Positions 24,801-38,670 of a stretch of 64,000 nt of DNA are shown piece after piece. The position numbers and the translations under genes are program-made. Within the stretch, counting starts at the first letter, position 1. Each line of letters begins with the position of its first letter. Under the pieces are notes generated by a model that saw nothing but the letters and a program-made list of their open reading frames with translations, ran no database searches and was not told the origin of the DNA. The stretch is from Geosiphon pyriformis uo1. Its lineage: Eukaryota > Fungi > Glomeromycota. The DNA is taken from NCBI GenBank assembly GCA_016748015.1, contig JAAOMT010000324.1, positions 135,924 to 199,923 of the forward strand, given 5' to 3'.

Positions 24801-27800
24801 AAGCCAAGCATGGTTCATTGTCCTATTTTCCAACTTATTTTGGCCTTCTAAAGTGTTTAATGATGCATGGGTGGCAGTAAAATTTTGTTGCCAAAGTGTA
24901 TTCCTCATCATTGCCACAACAAATGCCTATTGACGACAATTTCTTACCACAATTAACACATACCAGTTTTGGGTAGCAATAAGTGGATTGGTAGGGTGTA
25001 GTGTAGAAATTATAAGTGGAGTTGCTGTCAGTTGTTGGTTTTTCTTCCTTCCCCTTTCTTTTTCCCTTTTTGTCTTCTTTCCATTTCCAATTTATTTGTT
25101 CTTCCTGGTCATTGTCAGTTTCCCAGGCTTGGTTGGCTTTCCAGATAAGTTTTTTGCTCTGTTTTCTTTTGTTGTTGTCATTCTATGAAGGTACTGGCAG
25201 CAGCTCGTTGTGTTCAGTGTTGGTCCAAAAAACTTGGTAGGCTTCCCAGGTAGGTTTTTTCTCCTCTTCCTCAAAATTTGATAAGTGAGGTTGTCAAGTT
25301 GGTGGTCTTGAAATGGCCACACATAGCTGGTACGCATGTGTGTCAGCTGTTCTGGCTAATTTGAAGCTCCTGCATATTCCAATCAAGCAACACGTTGGTT
25401 TTGGATAGCCAATCATTCCCAATAAGTGCTTGGTATTGAGTGGCTTTTATAACCAGTACTTTGATTAGGACCATAATACTATTAACTTCAATGGGGAAGT
25501 TGTCGATCTTACTAATAGAAGTTTTTGTTGCTCCATTAGTGGTTATGATCCTGGTACTGGCAGCGTGATTAACTTGGTAACCTAATTGGTCCATAAGTTG
25601 TTTTATAATGATGCTGCCAGCTGATCTATTGTTTAGGATCAGTTTGATGGAATGGCCATTAACTTTGGCATCAGTATATATGGCCATAATAGGTTTTTCT
25701 TCCAGAGCAGCTTCACTAAATAATAGCGTGGTTGATGGTTCTTTGAGTTTAAATAAAAAGATGACATCCAGTAATTTATTCTTGGTGATGGTAGCTGGTA
25801 GAATGTTGCTGATAAGTATTGGTTGTTAGTTGGTCTCCAGATTATTGGGTTGAGTCTCTTTTGTGATAACTAAAAGACTTAAATAGTTCTGGAAATTTGG
25901 ATTTTGGGCATATCTGGTGCCTGAATCCCATTGTCAAGATCCTGTTGGTTGTGTGAAAGAACTGGAGATCAGTTGGTGAACTACCATCAATAATCTCCAG
26001 CTTTGTTGGATTAATCTTGGCCTTTGGGTTCTATTTTGAGGTAAGTTCTGTAGCGGTGTTTGAATTTGTTGGGGCTGATAAATTACCTGAGGCTGTAGTT
26101 GATAAATGAGTTGTGACTGTAACTGATAAATTGTTAGGGTTGTTGATTGATAAATTGGTGCTTGATATATTGGTAAATGATAAAATGGGTACTGTGTTAT
26201 AGGTATGTAATTTTGATAATATGGCTTTGAGTTTGGTAGATTATTCGGAATTTGAAACTGGTAATTGGGGTTTTGATATTGATTTCCTAATTGTTGGTTA
26301 TTTAAGCAATGGTGGCAATTGATTTGTAGGTGTTCTTGTTTACCATAATAGTGGTAAATGTGCGTTTCTTGTTGCCATTGTTGATTGGTTGATGATGATG
26401 GACACAACTAATTCTGGAAACAATTCGCGTTTCCAGAATTATTGCATCATTGTGGTGGTTGATAAATTGCATAATTGTCAACTAAGTATCCCTCTAATTT
26501 CTGATTAATGAAATCACTAAATTGTTTCAATTTGGAATCCAATTCAGATGATCCATTCATTATTAAGTTAATGGCTTGGGTGTGGTTAGCTTCAAGTTCA
26601 GTGGCTTCAAAATCCCAGACATTTGTAATGGCTGCTTGCAGATCAATAGGATGCAATAGACATACACATTGCAGAATGCTACTGCATAATCCGCAAATAA
26701 ACTGATTTAAGATCTGGGCCACTGTAAAATAATTGGCATTGATGGCTTGGATCTGGCACAGATTCCTGTAGAAGCACCCTAAGTAAGTAGTGACTGCTTC
26801 ATTTTTTCTTTGTTTGATGATAGTGAATGTGTTTGCTAACCTGTTGATGCTGTTATTGTTGCTAAAATATCTTAAGAACTCAATTTTAAATGCATTGAAA
26901 TCTTGGGGTTTGTTGACCAGGCTTTGGTATTATGAATTGGCAGTATTCTGGAGAAAATATGGGATGGCTTGCATGGCTTTAGCATCATTCTATCCATTAG
27001 CTGCAATGGCTTTCTCCACATTATTTAATCATACTTGGGTGTTGTCCTCTTCACTGGTGAATTTTTCAAGTTTGGCTATTGGTATGTATGCCATTGGATC
27101 TAAGTTGGGTTGTGGTTACTGCTGAATTTGTTATTGAGGTAGCAATTGTGGCTGTTGTTGCTATTGGGCATTTGGTGGAGCTGGTGGTGGATTGATCATG
27201 ATTACTGGAGGTAAGTGCTGATTAATTATGTTGGAGTTTTGATTATTCTGATTTTCTGGAGTTTGATTAACTGGAGTTTTAATTTCTGAATGTTTTAGGA
27301 TCGGGTTTTGCTTATTAACTTCCTGATTGCTACTCTCTTCTTCCTTGGAATCAGTTATTTCTCAAGAACTAATGGCTCCAAAATCTGGTTGTGGTGGTGG
27401 TGATTGAATTTCTGATGGCATTGGGAATTGTGATTTAAATCCCTCAAAATAATTGCTGTATGTTCCTAATAATTCTGTCTTCTTTTGTTTACTTTGGAAT
27501 GGAATTCTGTTTAGTGGCATTGTCATGTTTGTTGTAACTGTGTTTATTATATTAATAGTGCTTCTGGATGTGTGGTGATATAATGGATTAGCAGGTGAAT
27601 CAAATCTTTGTTTCTTTCAAGTGGGTAGTTGGATTTGCTTTGGTGTTCCTGCTGGTGTTTGTAGCCTTCTTTTGCCTTTGTTTGCAAAAGTGATAGGAAA
27701 TTTCTGTTTGGTGTATTTTTCAATTTCTCTGTTTATTTTTGTAATTAAAGATGCAAATAGAAAATTTTGTGGAAGGATGGTGCTTTGGAGTAATTCACTG

Positions 27801-27994
27801 AAGAAGTTGTTGAAAGTAGATTCTGGATCTTCTTGGTCTTTCAAGTGATATACTATTCTTTTGTTGATGTAGCAATTGAAAGCTGATTCAGTTGGTCAAC
27901 TATTATTTGTTAATCTAAGATAAATGTGATAGTGTTGAAATAAAAATTTTGCAAATTCTAAATGGTTTGTTCCTATTTCTTCAGATTTTGCCAC
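21861..27994 (-). pseudogene. gag-pol of element 3 (Gag, PR, Cys-rich, dUTPase, RT, RNase H)
   Basis: ORF pieces 26447-26722, 25934-26407 and 25343-25687 share one frame; dUTPase 23596-24081 (DAGFDLRY, FGSTD); RT-RH 22056-22793. Confidence 0.9.
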
Positions 27995-28037
27995 TGTTTA
28001 GATGATTATGGTTGGTGCTGTTCTCTGTAAAATTATA

Positions 28038-28054
28038 CCTCACAGGGAGCACCA
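28038..28054 (-). promoter_or_regulatory. PBS of element 3 (TGGTGCTCCCTGTGAGG)
   Basis: Adjacent to the 5' LTR; matches the element 2 PBS at 16/17 positions. Confidence 0.8.
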
Positions 28055-28056
28055 AA

Positions 28057-28900
28057 TGTTATAGATGATTATTTGGAGTCTCAAATCAAATAACAAATTC
28101 ATAACTTGGTGCTCAATATCTTGACAATGCTGGTAATACTGGTATGTTAGTTGTATCTAAAAGTTTTAAAATTGAGTCTTTTATATAATAGACAGAGATT
28201 TAATAATGATATAATTAGTTGGTGAGTTGTGTTCCCAATTTCTGTCTTCAGCTTGGTGGCTGGTTTATTCTTTAGTCATGCCCTTCTGGTAAGCTATTTG
28301 TTAATATATATATAATTTTACCCTTATTTCTGGGTCTTTTACTAGGCTATCCATGATGTTAATTACTCAGTGCTTTAATTTTTAATTAGTTAGTATATGA
28401 CAGTAAAAATAAAAGAAAAAAATAAATAAAAGAAAATAAAAAAATGAACCAAGGTAATATGCACGTTAGTATCTTATCAATAGCCATGATTAAGAGCTAT
28501 TGTTCCAGCATGGTTAGATATCAATTATTATCAACATAAAAAGTTGATAGTAGAAAGTAGATTTGGATAGTAAATGATTTATTTATTTAATATTTGTGGA
28601 TAAAAGATTTTTAACTAAAGAATTTTTATCTTTTTACTTCTAATACTATCATTATATATACATAATTGATGTTCTACAAGATCACTCATATTTTTGAGTA
28701 ATGTGCTATGATTTCTTAAGCAATGTTCACATTGCTAAGCAATGTGCTCTAATTTTCTAACATTGCTCCACATTGCTGAGCAATGTGCTATGTTTTCTGA
28801 CATTGCTCTATATTGCTAAGCAATGTGTTCACATACTACATACTATTCATTCATTGGTCTATTATTCTCCCTATATCTGTTTTTCTTTTTATGAGTAACA
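28057..28900 (-). repeat. 5' LTR of element 3 (844 bp; three palindromic U3 units)
   Basis: Direct repeat of 18892-19774. Confidence 0.92.
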
Positions 28901-31900
28901 ACATGCAACAGAATTAAAGATTAATAATAGTAATATACTAATTAATCCTTAGTTTATTGTATTAATTATCAAGATCACACTAGTGGAGTTCAGAAAGTGG
29001 ATTTACCCAAAACCTAAATTCTTAAAACTATTTAAGTCTTCTGATTACTTTAGAAAACAGTGTATTCAACAATTTGAAAACCAATTAACAACCACTTACG
29101 AACAACATTCTACTAACAACTATTACAGAGAACAAATTACTTGCCACCAACATTTTTTTTGAATTAGAAACTCACTTAGAAACACTATTCTTTAGTAAAG
29201 TTATTCTTAATGCCAAACTAATTACCACCATATATACTGATGCTAAAATTGGTAATTACTCTATTAAAATAATTCTTAATAGTAGTTCAGCAGACAGTAT
29301 CATTACATGACAACTCATAGACCAATTAGATTACCAAGTTATTTATGCTATTAGCACCAGAATTATTATCACTAATAGAGCCATCAAGACTTTTATTGGT
29401 GAAATTAACAACTTTTTGTTTGAAATTAATAATATTATAATACCCATCAATGTTTTTGTAATAGAAGCCACACAATATCAAGCTTTTATTAATAACAACT
29501 GGCTGTTCAAGACCAACATTGCATTTAATTGAAATATTTAAAAGCTACAGTTCAGTCAAGATAATTAGCAAACTTAAGTATCTGCTACCTGTAACCACTT
29601 TAAAACAAATACTACTAACCAATTATCACTAATTGAGTTTAAATAAAAAAAGAAGAAACCTACCTAAAAAGCTTATCAAGTTTTGTGGACTGATAACAAA
29701 CACAATAAATTATTACCAATATTTTTGTGAGATAATAAAGAGAAAAAAAAAAAAAGAACAAGCCAGAAGTAACCACAACCACTGAAAAAATAACTAATGG
29801 CTGTAATAAATTATACTCTATAGATACAAGAAAAAAACTACCTTATATTCTACTAAAATGTATCAATTATAAAAAAAACTTTTATCTATAGGAGCTTGAA
29901 TCTTGCCAGAAAAAAACTATTGGATGCATATTTACTATTATTGTAAACCATATTACTGAAAACATTTTGGTTATCTTAAGTAACAAGAAAAGTAGGACAA
30001 TAAGCTATGTCTTGCTTATAAGGAAACACTGCTTAATAAAAAAATATGGAATAATATTTCTGATTGAAAAAAAATGTACAATGTATTATGTTAATACACA
30101 ATTCTTATTAGCAACTGGTTAAACAGAAAAACACTTTTCAATGCTATATAGAACCAAGCACTTTCACACTTGGACAGTTATTTACACAACAAAGATAAAA
30201 TTTAACAAATAACAAGTGCCAAAATTGAAGACAATTTACTTAACAAAATATTGACTATCAAAAATAATCCATTAAAACCTGTTGAAACTATTTATATTTC
30301 CAATTTAAATGTATTTATTGACATTTTAAACAATTCAGAACAATTCATAAACACTACCAAGATTTAGCACTCACTAAAAAAAAACAAAAGCAGTATTTAA
30401 AACAGTTAAATGCAAAATTTTGTAAATATTGCTTAATTCTTAATAACTTCAAATATTGTGATAATTGTAATCTTATCTATAATCTATTATTATGTATGAT
30501 CTATTTAATCTCCAAAAAAAAAACCAATCAGCAAATGTGCATTAGAATTGGAATTGAAAATCAATTGTAATTTAGACTTTGACAATAATAACAACAATAG
30601 TTCTAATTCTATTCACTATGACAATAACAACAATAATTCAAACTCTAATTACAATCCTAAACAATATATTACACTTTCAGATCTGTTAATAGAGCAGGAA
30701 CTAAAATAATTTAGTAATAATAATAAAAATATTATATTAAAACATACATATAATACTGATACAGAGTTTGATCTTAAGTATTTAGAAAAAACTGTTATCA
30801 GATTAAAATCTCTTTCACACATCAGTATAAATCTGAAAATAACACTGGAAATTTTAACAACAACAATAGTCTAAATAGTTTTTAGATCTAATTTAGTAAA
30901 AAATAAAATTAATATTAAAGAAGAAATAATTGATACAAAATATGTAGAAAATATTATTGCAATACTACAAAATGACTTAGAAAAAGGATATGTAATTGAA
31001 CTAAATGAAAAAATAGCACAAACAATATTCCTGCTATTAGTTAAAATAGCTTAGTTAGTATTAATAAGAACAAAAAAAAAGTTAGAGATTACAGCAAGAA
31101 GAATAAAAGAATTTGAATCAACAAACAGAATAGATATACTAGTTAATATATCAGAAAAAAAACAATTAATAAGAAAGAAATTATCTTCATTTATTAATCA
31201 ATTTCTATTTTCTTATATAATCAGTATATAGTAGTTATAAAAAGAAAAATAAAAGACCAATTCCAAATTTTTGAAGCTAAAACAAACATTTGTGAATCAA
31301 AAAAAATTGCTATTACTAATTTCTATATATTAATCAAAAACAACAAACACATCAAAATTTCCATATACAACACAACTAAAAATTTTATAAAAATATCAAA
31401 TAGAACTACTATTAGATACTTAAGCACTAAAGTTAAGAATCAAATATCTACTACCATTTCAAATTTTCTACAGCTTTGCAAATATGTGGACATTATATTA
31501 CAAATTATATATGGACAAGAAGAATATTATTTGTTGTAACCAAAACAATTAGAACAAATGAACTTGAGGAATTTAGATCCACTTTAACAAATACAACTAA
31601 AAATGCTACTTAACAATTTCACTAATATTTTTGCCAGTAAAAATAAATTTGACAGAACTAATATCATTCAATACCAGATCAAAACTGAAGATATAATGTC
31701 AATCACACAAAGAGCATACAGAATGTTATCAGCTAGTCATAAAATCATTTGACAAGAAATCAACAAAATGTTGGACAATAAGTTAATTCAATTATTAATG
31801 AGTTCATGATCATTATCAATGATATTAATTTATAAAAAAAATAAAAAAACCACTTTTGTGTAGATTATAAAAAACTCAATAGTATTATTTATGAAGATAA

Positions 31901-34900
31901 TTATTTAATTTTATGAATTTAAAAGTTATTTGATGCTTTTAAAAAAAAAAATTGTTCTTAACATTAGACTTAGATAGTGGTTACTAACAAATAGCCATAA
32001 ATCTAACTAATAAAAAAAATAGTGTTTACCACCAGAGAAAAAAATTTTGAATTTAATGTTATACTATTTGGCTTAATTAATGTTCCAGTTACTTTCCAAT
32101 AACTTATGAAAATTGTTTATATTAGGCTGCTATAAAAATCAGTAGTTGTTTATTTAGACAACACCAATATGTTCTCAAAAAGATTCAATGATCATTTTTA
32201 TTATCTCCAACAAGTGTTTAAAAGATTAAAAAGAGCTAAATTGAAATTAAATGTAACTAAATGTTTCTTTGGCAAAACTAAACTCAAGTTTTTGGAACAT
32301 ATTATAAGCAAAAACATCATCAAAACAGATTCAAACAAAATCGAAATAGTTAAAAACTTTTTAGTATCAATTAACTTGATAAAACTAAAAACATTTTTGG
32401 AATTTACTAGATACTATTACCATTTTATCCAAAACTTTTCCAAACTGACCCAACTATTTCACTAGCTTTAAGTAAAGAATGTTAAATATAAATGAATGAA
32501 AACTTAACAAGAAGCTTTTGACATCTTAAGAAGAAAGCTTATTTAAACTTCAATATTAATCTATTTAAATTACAACAAATTATTTATCATTACTACTAAT
32601 GTATTTAGTCAAACATTGAGAACTGTATTGTATCAAAAAGAAGCAAATAAATAAGAACATTTAATAGCATATGCTAATAGAAATTTAAGTTCAGCCAAAA
32701 AGAATTATAACACTTTAGCATTAAAATATTTAGCTATCTATTGGGCTATTATCAAATAAAAAAAATATTTAAGTTAAAAGTTTGATGTATATACTGATCA
32801 CAAAGAATTGACATCATTTAAAAGCAAAAATTTGAAAATAATTGCCATGTAAGATGAAAATAGAATTATTACCATTTAATTATACTATACATTATTAAAA
32901 TAGAAATGCTAATAGTTTGTTACAAATTTAACAAATCTAAAAACATTTTAAACAAAAAATATAACAAAAAATAAACACATAAAAATATCAAAAATTCTAA
33001 TATTATATTAATACTCAGCAGTTCAAAGAGAAATTATCTCAAAAAAAACAAAACAACATAAAACAACAAGCAAAATATTTTATTACTTACCAAAATATAT
33101 TATATTAAAAAAACAGAAAATACCTAAATCAGTCACTTAAAGTAATTACAGAACCAAAAAAAGAAACAATATTGTTCAACATGTATTTAAATTCAACAAC
33201 AGAACATTTTTATAAAGAAGCAACTATAAAAAGAACCAGAAAAAGATATTATTGGCCAGTTATATATTCAAATATCATTTAATATGTTTAAAATTATGAT
33301 GTTTGTCAGAAAAAAAGAGAAACAAGACCTAGTGAACCACTAAAACCAATTAAAATAGGACAACTATTTAATTGAATTGAAATTAACTTAGTTGAACTAT
33401 TAATAATAACCAGCAAAGACAATTAATATATAGCAGCAGTTATAAACTATCTTATAAAATGGCCAGAAGCAAAAGCAATTCAAAGAGCAAATGCAGAATT
33501 TATAGCTAAATTTATACACCAAGATTTAATTTGTTAACATGAATGCCCAAAAAAATTATTATTAGATCAAAAAACTTATTTTGTAAACAAAACATTAACA
33601 AAATTAAGTCAAAAATTTGGAATTAAAAGACTATTATTATTACCATATCATTCCCAAACAAATGACTTAGTCAAAAAATTCAACAAAAAATTGTGTAAAA
33701 CAATAGCCAAGATTAGCCAAAAAAACCGGGATAAATAAGATTTGTTTATACTATTAGTATTATTTGCTTATTGGACAATAAAGCAAAATACTATATAAGC
33801 AATACTATTTAAACTTGTTTATAGTAAAACAGCAATATTATTAGTTAAAATAGATATCAACACATATCTAACAAAACCAATAACAGAAACCAACTTTCAA
33901 AAAATATTGCTAAGAAAAACATATGACTTAATGAAAACATTAGAAAACAAAAGGCAAAGAGCAGCTAATAATATACAAAAATTATAGACAAAACAAAAAA
34001 AACAACATAATAACCAATTATTAGATAAACCAGTTAAATTCAAGATTGAAGACAAAGTATTCTTATATTATACCAAAGCAGAAAAACAATAGAATGGAAA
34101 ATTTGATCCCAAATAGGATAGATCATTTTACATTGAAGAAATTCTAAAAAATAAAGCTTATAAATTAAGAGAGAACAACAAAATCTTAGCTAAAACAGCA
34201 CATGGAAATTAACTGAACTATATTACAATATAATATCATTATTTACCAGTAATATTTCACAACTAGAAATACAACAAATACTAGTTCAACTAGATAAAAT
34301 TTTATGAAATCTAGAACCAATCATAATTATTAACACAAACACATCAGATTAATTTACAAAATAGTATATAAAAAGACACAATATATGCAATAAAAACAAC
34401 AAGAAAAGATAAAAATTTCAGACCACATCTATACAATAGTGTAATAATTATTCCAGACTATAAATCAAAAACAATTAGATATGAAAATTGTTATTAATTA
34501 TCAAACAATTTGCTATTAAAACACCAAAAAAGAAAAAAAAACAAGAATTACCTCATATTATTGACCATAAAACCAAACAATACACTAGTTAGATAAAATT
34601 ATAAAAAAAATAAAAAACACTTTTGGAAAAATATTAGTGATAATTTTAACAAAAAAGCTAACCAAAAAAAACTAAAAGCAATAAATAGAACAACTTCCAG
34701 TATCATATTGTTATTATTAGTTAGGACAAAAATTAAATATTCAAAAATTATATATCAATAAATCCAAAATAATATTTAATCAAAAAATAGTATAACAGAT
34801 TGAAAATTTTATTGGAAAGAAAACAAATTTTAGACTATATATTAAAACAATTTATTGACTACACATCATATTTTAAAATTATTCAGAAATATTACTACAC

Positions 34901-35064
34901 CAAAAAATGGAAACAATAATTGTTAACCAATAGAAAAAAATAAACAACTCTCAATATAAAAAAATAAAGAACAAAATCAAACAAACAGTATTAAAAAGAA
35001 AAATAATAGACTTGATTCAAAATAAAAATTTTGACAGAGCTTAATATTAAAAAAGAGAAGATAA

Positions 35065-36072
35065 TATTATTTATAAATAAAGTACAAAAAAAAAAGTAGA
35101 AAAAACAGATAGAAAAATAGACTAATAAGAGAATAATATTTAATAAGTGAGCATAATATTTAAAAAATATAATATATTGCTTAGCAATATATATATTATT
35201 AGTAAATTATGGTATACTGTTCAGCAATAAGCATATTATCAGAAAATCATGATATATTGCTTAGCAATAAACACATTGTTAAAAAATTATGATATATTGC
35301 TTAATAATAAGCATATTGTTAAGAAAAATAGGGCATATTGCTCAAGAAAATATAAGATTTTATATAACAAGAAATATGTATATATAGTAAGAGTATTAGA
35401 AACAAAAAAGACAAAATCAATACCAATAATCAGTTAGAATTGATATCAACAATCAATTAGAATTTATTATTTACCCAATATTTTTCACTTTAAAAAGTAT
35501 TTTTCTACAACTTGAAGTAGAATTAAATTACATATTAATAAAATATTAATTATTATCTAAATCTATGTTATCATCACTTGATTAAGAAATATTAATTATT
35601 TTTACTCTATTAATACTTTATGTTAATAAAATTCAATATTTAATTATATTAAACCAATAGTTCTTAATTATAACTATTAACAGAATACAAATTTTTTATT
35701 TTTCTTTTCTTATTTTTTTTTATTTTTTTTATTTTTTTTTGTTTTATTTTTTTGTTGTTTATTAATTGATTAAAAAAATTAAGCACTGAGTATTTAATGT
35801 CAAAAATAATCTGATAAAAAACCCAGAAATAAGGATAGAAATTTAAAAATAGCTTACCAGAAAAACATGACTGCCAAAATAAACCAGCCATCATACTGAA
35901 GAAAAAAATTCACAAAAGAAATTTTTAATTAAATTTTTGTTTATTATACAAAAAACTTAACCAAAACCTTCAAACTCCAAAATCTTCAGAAATTATTAAC
36001 ATTACTCAACTATTAAATACTAAGTTACAGATTTGTTATTTGTATTAACATTTTAAATAATTACTTATAATA
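35065..36072 (+). repeat. 3' LTR of element 4 (decayed)
   Basis: Follows PPT AAAAAAGAGAAGATAA; ATTGCTTAGCAAT units, TATATATAG, T-tract, CTTACCAG, AAGTTACAG; ends TTATAATA. Confidence 0.78.
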
Positions 36073-36600
36073 TCATTAAAATTTATTGAATTTGTTTTTA
36101 TTCTAAATTCAAATATTTTTGCTAATATTATAAGTAATACAGAACAATTTCATAAACATTACCAAGAATTGGCATCTACTTAAGAAGAGCAAAAACAGTA
36201 TTTAAAACAATTAAATACTAAACTCTGTAAATATTGTTTAATTTTTAATAATTTTAAATATTGTAATAAATGTGACTTTATTTATAATTTATTATCATGT
36301 ATAATTTATTCAATTCTTAAGAAAAAAGAACCAATTAGTAGATATGTTTCAGAATTAAAATCAAAAATCAATTATAATTCAGATTTTAATAATAATAATA
36401 ACAATAATTCTAATAATATTAACAATAGTAATAATAATAATTTAACTTCAATTTAAATTTTAAACACTATATTGTGTTTTCAAATTTTTCTATGAAGCAG
36501 AAAATTAAATAGTTCAGTAATAATAATGAAGATATTATGTTTAAATACATCTATAATATTAATATAGAATTTAATCTTAAATATCTTGAAAAGAATAATC
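36073..36600 (+). mobile_element. Old subfamily A pol fragment (Cys-rich end to dUTPase start)
   Basis: EQFHKHYQELA, CKYC..YCNKC and Asn-rich spacer homologous to 30270-30790. Confidence 0.7.
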
Positions 36601-38670
36601 ATGTGAAGAAAGGAATCAATGTAAAAAGAGGAATCATTAATGCTGGATATACCGGAAATATCATTGTAATACTACAGAACAATTTGGATAAGTCCTACAA
36701 AATAGAATCCCATGAAAAGATTGCCCAAGCCCTCTTTCTGCCCTTAGTCAAACTACCCCAACTAACCCTGGTCACAACCCAAGCAGAATTAAGCCTCACT
36801 GCCTGAGGAATCAGTGGGTTCAGATCAAGTGGAAGAGAAAATGTACCAGTCAATCTCATAGAGGAAGACAGTAACCAGGTAAAACTTATCTACACTGACA
36901 CCATTATTTCTATCCCTTTCTATTGATAATATATCTTTAAGGTGAATTGGAAGATTTAAGACCAAGTCCTGATATTTGAAGCCAACTCTAAAATTTGTGC
37001 CCTAGCAGATATTGCTAACTTATATCTCCCAACAAAAACTCATAAACACTTCAAAATTCTCATTTACAATCTGACCGAAGATGTTATAAAAATTCCTGAG
37101 GGAATCCTTGTCAGTTCCATATCCACAAATATTCAGAATCCCAAAAAACCCCAGTCTATTCCAGATTTCGCGCAATTATTCTTATTCTGTGACATTACAT
37201 TCCAAGTATGGAATTTGCCAAAAGAAAGTTATCTGTTCACACCAAAAAAAATTAATAAATTGAATTTAGGAAACTTAAGTACCCTGTAACAAATGCAACT
37301 TAAAGTCTTTCTAAAACAGTATGCTGATGTCTTTGCCAGCGAAAATGAGTTTGGACGTACTGACATTGTGAAACACCAAATCGATACAGGAAATGCTTGA
37401 CCGATTAAGCAATGAGCCTACTGAGTACCCCCATCTAACGATAACCTTATTAAGCAAGAAGTGCAACAGATGCTTAATAACAGTTTAATCAAAGAATTGT
37501 TAAGCCCTTGGTCCTCTCTAGTAGTCTTAGTTACCAAGAAAAATGGAAAAGTGCGATTCTGCGTGGACTACAAAAAACTAAACAGTGTTATGCGAGGAGA
37601 TAGTTATCCCACTTCCCTAATCCAGGAAATTCTGGACAATCTAAGGAAAAAGAAATAGTTCTTGTCATTAGATTTAGCCAGTAGTTATTGGCAGATTGAA
37701 ATGGACCCCAAAGACAAAAGAAAAACAGCATTTACCACTCAAGATGGCAATTTCAAATTTAATGTAATGTCTTTTAAACTTTGTAATGCTTCTGCCACTT
37801 TTCAATGCCTCATGAATGTAGTATACAAAGAAATCCTTTGGAAATCAGTCGTAGTTTATCTGAATAACACCAATGTGTTTTCAGAAACATTTGACGACCA
37901 TTTGCTCCACCTTCAATAAGTGTTTAAACGCCTTCAAAATGTCAGATTAAAACTCAATCCCAACAAATGCTTTTTCGGAAAAACCAAACTAAAATTCTTA
38001 GGGCACATGATCAGAAAAGATGGAGTTAAGCCCAATCCAGACAAAATCCAAAAAGTCAAAGACTTCCCAGCCCCAATCAACTTATGAGAATTACAAGGAT
38101 TTTTGGGATTAGCAGGATACTATCAAAGATTCATTAAGGGATTTTTCATCATTGCAAAACCCCTCCATTACTTGTTATCCAAATATGTACCATACCTATG
38201 TAAAGAAGACCAGCAGAAAGCGTTTAACTATTTCAAGCAGTGATTGATCACCTCTTCAATATTGATCTATCCTGATTTTACCAAACATTTCATTGTCGTT
38301 ACAAATGCCTTAAAAAATGCACTAGGAGCTATTTTATCTCAGATAGGATCAGACAAGAGAGAACATCCAATTGCATATGCTAGTTGTAGCACAAGTCCAG
38401 CAGAAAAAGTATATAGTGCAATAGACTTAGAATGTCTTGCCATTTATTGGGCTGTACAAACTTGAAAACATTACCTCAGTCAACTATTTGACTTCTATAC
38501 TGATCATAAAAGACTTATTTGATTACTCAATAACCCACAGCTGAAAGGAAAATATGCATGATGGAGCACTTATTTGCAACAATTTCCACTCAAAGTCCAC
38601 TACAAAAAAGGATTCAAGAACACAAATACTGACAGTTTGTTGAGGATGCCACAAATCTGATCTCAGACCC

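Larger units (their letters stand above)
18892..28900 (-). mobile_element. Full-length degenerate Ty3/Gypsy subfamily A (element 3), about 10 kb, both LTRs present
   Basis: LTRs 18892-19774 and 28057-28900 (TG...CA); TSD ATAT/ACAT (18888-18891, 28901-28904); PBS 28038-28054; PPT 19775-19790; gag-pol, IN, ORF3. Confidence 0.94.
17037..36072 (+). mobile_element. Older, heavily AT-shifted Ty3/Gypsy subfamily A copy (element 4); 5' LTR missing; interrupted in gag by element 3
   Basis: gag 17037-18891 resumes at 28905; PR ~29270; dUTPase ~30750-31130; RT (FGKTKLKFLEHII); RNase H to 32940; IN 32971-34352; ORF3 34409-35050; 3' LTR 35065-36072. Confidence 0.85.
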
